A DNA stretch of 63,976 nt, the filler included, from Sandaracinaceae bacterium (GTDB lineage Bacteria; Myxococcota_A; Polyangia; Polyangiales; JADJQN01): the NCBI GenBank assembly GCA_947483975.1. It is 3 parts of 3 records of this genome, joined end to end, with 100 filler letters (N's around TTAATTAATTAA, not from the genome) between each part and the next. Parts side by side here need not be neighbours in the genome. Positions count along the whole stretch, not along the records: positions 48,325 to 63,976 come from CANKOL010000086.1; 2 more parts are not named here. One strand, 5' to 3'. Positions 58,038-63,976 of the stretch are shown here, in pieces. The position numbers were made by a program, and so were the translations under genes. The notes beneath the pieces were generated by a model. That model was not told where the DNA came from. It saw nothing but the letters and a program-made list of their open reading frames with translations, and searched no databases. Position 1 is the stretch's first letter; every line of letters starts with the position of its first letter.

Positions 58038-58604
58038 TCACTCGATTTCGCGAAAATCGATGAAGAACAGCGCATAGCCCCGATGGAAGAAATAGCGACC
58101 GGGCCCCTCGAACGGGAACGAGAACTGGGAGAGCGGGGTCTCGGAGGTCGACTCCGCCGACCAATCGTCGGCCTCGCGGCTATCGTACTGGACCCGAACG
58201 TAGGTGTTGCGCCGATCGGCGAGACGAACCTCGACGGTGTCTCCGAGTTTCAGGCGGAGCGGGTAGCTCGCTGAGAGCGTCGGAGCGTTCGGCGCCTGAC
58301 CGACCTCCGTGCGCTGACCGTTGAGCCGGACGTACAAGTGTAGGTCAGGGAGGCTGCTCCGCTCGGAGGGGTTGTGCTCCGCCCCGCGGGCCGTCGCGGG
58401 AGAGACTTCCACCTCGAAGCGAGTATCGAAGTTGAGGGTCTCTCCCTCGTCCATGGACGACGCCGACGTCGCATTTTGCGCCACTTGTCCCTCGATCCAT
58501 CGGGACTGCTCTTGCAGACCGCGATTCACGAACGACGAACCGCATCCCGCGACGAGCACGGACGCAACGAGAACGAGGCTAGACGGGGCGGTTCGGTGGC
58601 TCAT
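58038..58604 (-). CDS. Hypothetical lipoprotein
   Basis: LVAGC lipobox. Confidence 0.65.
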   Translation of the reverse strand: MSHRTAPSSLVLVASVLVAGCGSSFVNRGLQEQSRWIEGQVAQNATSASSMDEGETLNFDTRFEVEVSPATARGAEHNPSERSSLPDLHLYVRLNGQRTEVGQAPNAPTLSASYPLRLKLGDTVEVRLADRRNTYVRVQYDSREADDWSAESTSETPLSQFSFPFEGPGRYFFHRGYALFFIDFREIE

Positions 58605-58967
58605 GAAAGAAAACTCCAAGGGTGGTTTCCGATAGGGCGTTCCCACCTACAACAGGCGCGAGACACCGACGTCCGAGCGCGTGCTGAGGTGGCGGGCTCT
58701 TACCGGGGAGTTGATTGGGAGTGGGTGTTATCTTCGATCGCGCAGGCCAGCCAGACGCGCCCACCCATCGAGGCATTCACACGCGGAGCAGAAAGTTACC
58801 GGAATTAGAAAAGCGGGCGAGGCGCCGACTTCCGCTCTCGCGGCTCGCGACTCAGCGACAGCTGAGCGAGAAGATTGCCGAATGGCCACCCGAAATTGCT
58901 TGTCTGCGCGAGCCCTGGTCCGGTAGATGGAGGGAGCATCCGCCTCACTGGCAATAAAGGAGCACCC

Positions 58968-60014
58968 ATGATCCGTTCTCGATGGAAGTTGGCCGTCTCG
59001 GTTCTTCTGGCCCTCGTTGGCGCGTGCGGGACGTCCTCGGCGCCCGCCGGGCAGCCGCCGCCCGCTCCGGCTGTGGCAGCTGTCGCGCCCGTTCCCGTCG
59101 TCCCACCGCCGCCCGCTGCGCCGGCGTTTCCGCTCGCGCGCGGCGGCGGTCACTTCGTCGCCTGGCACCAGAGCACGAAGGCGATCTACCGGAGCGACGA
59201 CGGGCACACGTGGACGCGGCTCCCCGGCGAGGCTGCGCTGCAGTACGGCTGGACCCCTTGGCTCGCCGCCGACGCGGCCGGCACGCTCTTCACCACGAGC
59301 CTCGGCAGCCGCCCCGACCTGCAGCGCTCGACCGATGGGCTCGCGTGGACGGCGGTGCCGACGACGACGCCCGAGGGCGAGCGAGCGTCGTTCGCGCTCT
59401 GCGCAGGGCCAGCGAACGAGCTCTTCACGATCACGAGCACCGGGCAGACGTTCCGCACGACCGACGGCGGCGCGACCTGGACCGAGGCGGCGCGGGCGCG
59501 GCCCGTGGGCGCGCGTGGGTCGGGCGGCGGCTTCGGCGGGAGCTGCGCCTACAACGCGGCGGGCGACAAGCTCGTCGTGCAGGGCTGGTACTTCGACCCG
59601 CAGGGGCCGGTGCTCGCCGTGTCGTCGGACCACGGTCAGACGTGGACGAACGTCCCCCCGCCGATGCCGCGCAACGAGGCGACGGCCGTGATGTGGGCCG
59701 ACAACGCGCTCCTGTTCGGCAACTACGAGAAGGTCTACCGGACCGAAGACAACGGCGTCACCTGGACCGAGAGCACGCCGAGCCCGCTCTACGCGACGGG
59801 CGCGACGAGCCACGGCTACAACCGCTGGTACGCGAGCGACGGCGCGAGCATCGTCGTCGGCATCGAGGCGCCGAGCACGACGCTGTCGGGCGCCTTGTTC
59901 TACTCGCACGACGGCGGGCGCACGTTCGAGACGCTGCCGCTCGACTACCACACCGACCCGACGCCGCGGGCCTCGGACGACACCATCCGCGTCACGTTCG
60001 TCCCGCACGCGTGA
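58968..60014 (+). CDS. Lipoprotein with BNR/Asp-box repeats (beta-propeller)
   Basis: AAGGAG RBS; LVGAC; SDDGHTW, TTDGGATW, SSDHGQTW, TEDNGVTW, SHDGGRTF. Confidence 0.88.
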   Translation: MIRSRWKLAVSVLLALVGACGTSSAPAGQPPPAPAVAAVAPVPVVPPPPAAPAFPLARGGGHFVAWHQSTKAIYRSDDGHTWTRLPGEAALQYGWTPWLAADAAGTLFTTSLGSRPDLQRSTDGLAWTAVPTTTPEGERASFALCAGPANELFTITSTGQTFRTTDGGATWTEAARARPVGARGSGGGFGGSCAYNAAGDKLVVQGWYFDPQGPVLAVSSDHGQTWTNVPPPMPRNEATAVMWADNALLFGNYEKVYRTEDNGVTWTESTPSPLYATGATSHGYNRWYASDGASIVVGIEAPSTTLSGALFYSHDGGRTFETLPLDYHTDPTPRASDDTIRVTFVPHA

Positions 60015-60217
60015 GCGCGCCGAGCAGCCAGCGGTCCGGCCCGCACCTCGCCACCGCGCCGACCCTCGGTGCGGCGGCGATCGGCTCGGGGCGAGCGGGC
60101 ACGCGGGCGCGGACGTTTCTCGGTCCGAGAATCCGGGGTCTGCGCCCCCGAATGCGGTCCACGGCGGGGGGCCACCTTCAGGTAGCCGCCGCCGGGTCCG
60201 TTCCGACGAGGCACCGG

Positions 60218-61228
60218 ATGCGGAAGCCCCTTCGAATGACCGGCGGGCTGGTGCTCGCGGTCGCCGTGCTCCTGACGGGCCCGACCACCGGGCACGGACA
60301 GGCGCGCACCGCCGAGCAGCTGCTCGACGCGGGGGTCGCCGCTCGACGCGCGGGCCACGATGACGAGGCGCTCGCGCTCTTCACGCAGGCCTGGGAGCGG
60401 CAGCCGACGGCGCGGGCGCGCGCGCAGATGGGCGCGGCGGAGCAGGCGCTCGGCCAGTTCGTGGAGGCCGAGGCGCACCTCGCCGAGGCGCTGGCGGGGC
60501 ACGCGGACGCCTGGATAGACGAGCGACGCGCGACGCTCGAGGCCGCGCACAGCGCCGTCGAGGCGCGACTTGCTCAGCTGGAGGTGCGCGTAGAGCAGCC
60601 AGGGGCGCGGCTTCGGGTCGATGGGCTCGAGGTCGGGGCGCTGCCGCTGGCGCGGGCGCTGCGGCGGATGCCGGGCACCGTGACGATCGAGGTGAGCGCG
60701 GACGGCTTCGCGCCGAGCGCGCGCTCGGTGACGGTGACGGCGGGCGAGCTCAGCCGGGAGACCTTCGTGCTCGTGCCGCTGACGGTGACGGGCGCGGTGA
60801 CGGCCGGGCCTGGCGGCGGCGCACCCGGACACGTCGGGACGGTCGGCGCGGCACCGGACGGCGCGAGCGGCTCCGCGCTGCCGCTGATCGGCTGGATCGC
60901 GGGCGGTGTAGGTGTGGCGGGCGTGGGGCTCGGCTTCGTGTTCTACGCGCAGCGTGAGGCCGGAGTGCGCGCCTACAACGACGACGCGCGCTGCCTCGTC
61001 GGCGGCAAGACGCGCGGCGAGAACTGCGCAGCCGACGCGAGCGCGGCGCGGACGGCCGAGACGCTGATGCTCGTGAGCATGATCGGCGGCGGCGCGCTGC
61101 TCGCTGGCGGGCTCGGGCTGGTGCTGCTCGGTGGAGGCGGAGGCGACGCGGAGGCGGCGCACGCGAGCCTCGAGTGCGCCCCGACGTTCGGCCCCGTCGT
61201 CGGCGCGGCGTGTCGTGGGAGCTTCTAG
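60218..61228 (+). CDS. TPR + PEGA domain membrane protein
   Basis: Signal peptide; EALALFTQAW..EAEAHLAEAL; PGARLRVDGLEVGALP..PGTVTIEVSADGF; two C-terminal hydrophobic segments. Confidence 0.88.
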   Translation: MRKPLRMTGGLVLAVAVLLTGPTTGHGQARTAEQLLDAGVAARRAGHDDEALALFTQAWERQPTARARAQMGAAEQALGQFVEAEAHLAEALAGHADAWIDERRATLEAAHSAVEARLAQLEVRVEQPGARLRVDGLEVGALPLARALRRMPGTVTIEVSADGFAPSARSVTVTAGELSRETFVLVPLTVTGAVTAGPGGGAPGHVGTVGAAPDGASGSALPLIGWIAGGVGVAGVGLGFVFYAQREAGVRAYNDDARCLVGGKTRGENCAADASAARTAETLMLVSMIGGGALLAGGLGLVLLGGGGGDAEAAHASLECAPTFGPVVGAACRGSF

Positions 61229-61231
61229 GCG

Positions 61232-62653
61232 ATGCCGATCCTGACGTCCGCGGAGCGCATCGGCACGACCCTCGCGGGCAAGTACCGCCTCGACCGCATC
61301 CTCGGTCAAGGGGGGATGGGCACGGTGTTCGCCGGCGTGCACGAGTGGACGAGCCGTCAGGTGGCGGTGAAGATGCTCAACGCAGACCTCGCGGCCGATG
61401 ACGTCACCGCGCAGCGCTTTCTGCAGGAGGCGCGCGCCGCCGCGGGGCTCGAGCACCCGAACGTCGTCGACGTGCTCGACATGGGGCAGGCGGAGGACGG
61501 CGCGGTCTACCTCGTCCTCGAGCTGCTGGTGGGCGAGTCGCTCGCCGACCAGATCGTGCGCGGTCCGATGTCGGTGCAGGCGACGCTCTCGCACCTGCTC
61601 CCCGTGATCGACGCCCTCGGGTCGGCGCACAAGCACGGGATCGTTCATCGGGATCTGAAGCCGGACAACATCTTCCTCTCGATCACGCCGCAGGGGCGCG
61701 TGATCCCGAAGCTGCTCGACTTCGGCATCGTCAAGGTCGCGGGCGACAAGGCCACCAAGACGAAGGTCGGCTTCATCGTGGGGACGCCCGAGTACATGTC
61801 GCCCGAGCAGGCGCAGGGCAAAGCCGACATCGGGCCGTCGAGCGATGTGTGGTCGATGGGCGTCGTGCTCTTCGAGTGCCTGACGGGGCAGCTTCCATTT
61901 CAGGCGGAGACGCAGACGGGCGTGCTCGTCGCCGTCGTCACGCAGCGCGCGCCGAGCGTGCGCACCCTCGGTGTCGAGGTCCCGCGCGCGATCGCGGCGG
62001 TCGTGGACCGTGCGCTCTCGGTCGAGCCCGAGGCTCGGTTCCCGGACGCCGCGGCACTCGGCCAGGCGCTCGAGGACGCTGCGCGCGGGATCGACCCGGG
62101 CGACGCCGTGCTCGCCGGGCGTGAGCAAAGCACAGACACCGCCCACCGCCCGCGAACGCGCGGGCTCGCGGCGACGCGCGCCCAGGACGAGGATGAACCC
62201 CGCGCGGCGTCCGACGTCGGGACGGCGGCGAAGAGGCGGTGGGTACCGCTGGTCGCAGTCGCGGGCGTCGTATTGCTCGTCGCCGCGGTCGCCGTCGCGT
62301 TCAACGCCAGTCGCGGTGGCGCGCAGCCTGGAGCGAACCGCCCCGGCGGCGCGACGCTGATCGCGGCGACCGACCCGGTCGGGACGCCAATCCATGCGGG
62401 CGACGCTCGCGTGCTCGCGGCAGCCCCCGCGCACGACACCGCCGAGCCGCGCGCGGCCGAGTTGGCCGACGCGGGAAGCACGTCGGCAGCGACGGGTGGC
62501 GGCAGCGCCCCCCCAAGCATCCCGTTCGGGAAAGCGCCGCCTCCGATCGAGAGGCGCGCCACGCCGCTCGTCGGCCACAGCGGGCCGCCGCGCGCGACAC
62601 GACCGCACCCCGTCGCGCAGCGGGGCGCGAACGGTTCGCCGATCCTCGACTGA
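61232..62653 (+). CDS. Ser/Thr protein kinase with TM helix and C-terminal GANGSPILD motif
   Basis: GQGGMG, VAVK, HRDLKPDN, DFG, GTPEYMSPEQ. Confidence 0.95.
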   Translation: MPILTSAERIGTTLAGKYRLDRILGQGGMGTVFAGVHEWTSRQVAVKMLNADLAADDVTAQRFLQEARAAAGLEHPNVVDVLDMGQAEDGAVYLVLELLVGESLADQIVRGPMSVQATLSHLLPVIDALGSAHKHGIVHRDLKPDNIFLSITPQGRVIPKLLDFGIVKVAGDKATKTKVGFIVGTPEYMSPEQAQGKADIGPSSDVWSMGVVLFECLTGQLPFQAETQTGVLVAVVTQRAPSVRTLGVEVPRAIAAVVDRALSVEPEARFPDAAALGQALEDAARGIDPGDAVLAGREQSTDTAHRPRTRGLAATRAQDEDEPRAASDVGTAAKRRWVPLVAVAGVVLLVAAVAVAFNASRGGAQPGANRPGGATLIAATDPVGTPIHAGDARVLAAAPAHDTAEPRAAELADAGSTSAATGGGSAPPSIPFGKAPPPIERRATPLVGHSGPPRATRPHPVAQRGANGSPILD

Positions 62654-62704
62654 GTTTCCAGCCGAACGACGAAGCCTGACGACGTACCCAGAAGGAAGAC
62701 CTCG

Positions 62705-63976
62705 ATGACCCGCCGAAATGCCGCTTCCTGCCCCGCGACGCGGCTCGGCGTGATCCTGTCAGCGCTGCTGCTGTCCACGGCTTGCACGCCCTTCAAGAGC
62801 GCCAGCGATCGCGGACCGACCGATGCGGGCGACCTCGGGACTGCGCCGATGGACGCCACCGTCGACGCGCCCGTCGACCCGACGTTGGACGCCGCACCCG
62901 ACGCACCGTGGGACGCCGGACCCGGGCTAGACGGTGGTACCGACGCTGGGCCCACGCTCGACGCGGCCCCCCCGGAGCCGGACGCGTGCGTGCCCGCGAC
63001 GGAGATCTGCAACGGGATCGACGACGACTGTGACGGCGCGATCGACGAGGCGCTCAGCTGTGCGACGGTCGTGGAGCTCGCGCTCGGCGGCAGCCACAGC
63101 TGCGCGCGCCTGGACGACGGCACCGTCCGCTGCTGGGGCGACAACGCCTTCGGCCAGCTCGGCGACGGGACGACCACGCGGCGCCTCACTCCGGTGGTCG
63201 TCCCGGGGATTCTCGGCGCGACAGCGCTCGCGGTCGGTGGCAGCCACAGCTGCGCCATACTCGCCGACGCCACCGTCCAGTGCTGGGGGTACAACATGAA
63301 CGGCCAGCTAGGCGACGGGAGCATCGTCGCGAAGTCGTCTCCGGTGGTCGTGGTCAGCCTCGTCGACGCGGTCCAGCTCGCGCTCGGTGAGAACCACAGC
63401 TGCGCCCGCCGGACGGGCGGGACTGTCAGCTGTTGGGGGGCCAACGTCACAGGTCAGCTAGGCGACGGGACTGTCACGGGCAAGACCCTGCCAACGCCGG
63501 TGATGGGGCTCACGGGCATCGTCGAGATCGCGGTGGGCGCCAACCACGGGTGCGCCCGCGCCGGGACCGGCGCCGTCCGCTGCTGGGGCGCGAACACCAG
63601 CGGCCAGGTCGGCGATGGCACGACGCTCGGGCGTTCGGGCCCGGTCGCCACGGTCGGGCTCAGCGGCGTCGCGGAGCTCGCGCTCGGGCGCGACCACAGC
63701 TGCGCCCGCGGGACCGACGGCGCGGTCGTCTGCTGGGGCAGCAACGCCAGCTTCCAGCTCGGCAGCGGGACGATGACGAGCAGCGTCACCCCGGTCCCAG
63801 TGAGCGGGGTCGTGGACGCGGTCGAGCTCGACGTCGGCGGCGCGTGCAGCTGCGCGCGGCGCGCCGACGGCACGGTCTCGTGCTGGGGTGCCAACGCCCA
63901 CGGCGAGCGCGGCGACGGGACGGTCCTCAGCGGCCCGCTGTCGTCCTCGGTGACGGGGGTGAGCGGCGTCCTCGAG
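62705..63976 (+). CDS. RCC1/BLIP-II repeat lipoprotein with putative metal-binding motif (runs off the window)
   Basis: LSTAC lipobox; EICNGIDDDCDGAIDE; repeated HSCA...GTVRCWG.N..GQLGDG. Confidence 0.93.
   Translation, partial: MTRRNAASCPATRLGVILSALLLSTACTPFKSASDRGPTDAGDLGTAPMDATVDAPVDPTLDAAPDAPWDAGPGLDGGTDAGPTLDAAPPEPDACVPATEICNGIDDDCDGAIDEALSCATVVELALGGSHSCARLDDGTVRCWGDNAFGQLGDGTTTRRLTPVVVPGILGATALAVGGSHSCAILADATVQCWGYNMNGQLGDGSIVAKSSPVVVVSLVDAVQLALGENHSCARRTGGTVSCWGANVTGQLGDGTVTGKTLPTPVMGLTGIVEIAVGANHGCARAGTGAVRCWGANTSGQVGDGTTLGRSGPVATVGLSGVAELALGRDHSCARGTDGAVVCWGSNASFQLGSGTMTSSVTPVPVSGVVDAVELDVGGACSCARRADGTVSCWGANAHGERGDGTVLSGPLSSSVTGVSGVLE

Overview
Very GC-rich bacterial DNA, most likely a myxobacterium (inferred from many Cys-rich lipoproteins, Hanks kinases, PEGA/RCC1 modules, a CglD-like gene and a Uma2 nuclease). 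It consists of three contigs joined by artificial 100-nt N/TTAATTAATTAA linkers (24133-24232, 48225-48324), so adjacency across the gaps is unproven. Contig 1 carries toxin-antitoxin (TA) modules, a housekeeping block (htpG, eukaryote-type citrate synthase, ECF sigma, ppa, aldehyde dehydrogenase), and then a ~12.6 kb island bracketed by a 38-bp duplication of the 3' end of the dehydrogenase gene. The island has no visible integrase. It holds an AAA/DUF4143 gene, higBA, a cas1 3' remnant, two converging IS91-family relics around an AI-2E transporter, a complete-looking class C group II intron and an AT-richer three-gene secreted-protein operon. The most unusual signal is a 31-bp imperfect palindrome inserted at two different CAT^GG sites in two IS91 relics: one copy is empty and the other is the exact insertion site of the intron. 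Contig 2 has more IS91 fragments, TA remnants, tandem repeat arrays, a 50-aa Cys8 microprotein and many lipoproteins/peptidases. Contig 3 has a TPR-GGDEF protein, a kinase + FHA-FHA-ABC operon and a TPR/PEGA-kinase-RCC1 module. No rRNA, tRNA or CRISPR array was seen. All family assignments come from motif recognition by eye; no database search was run.
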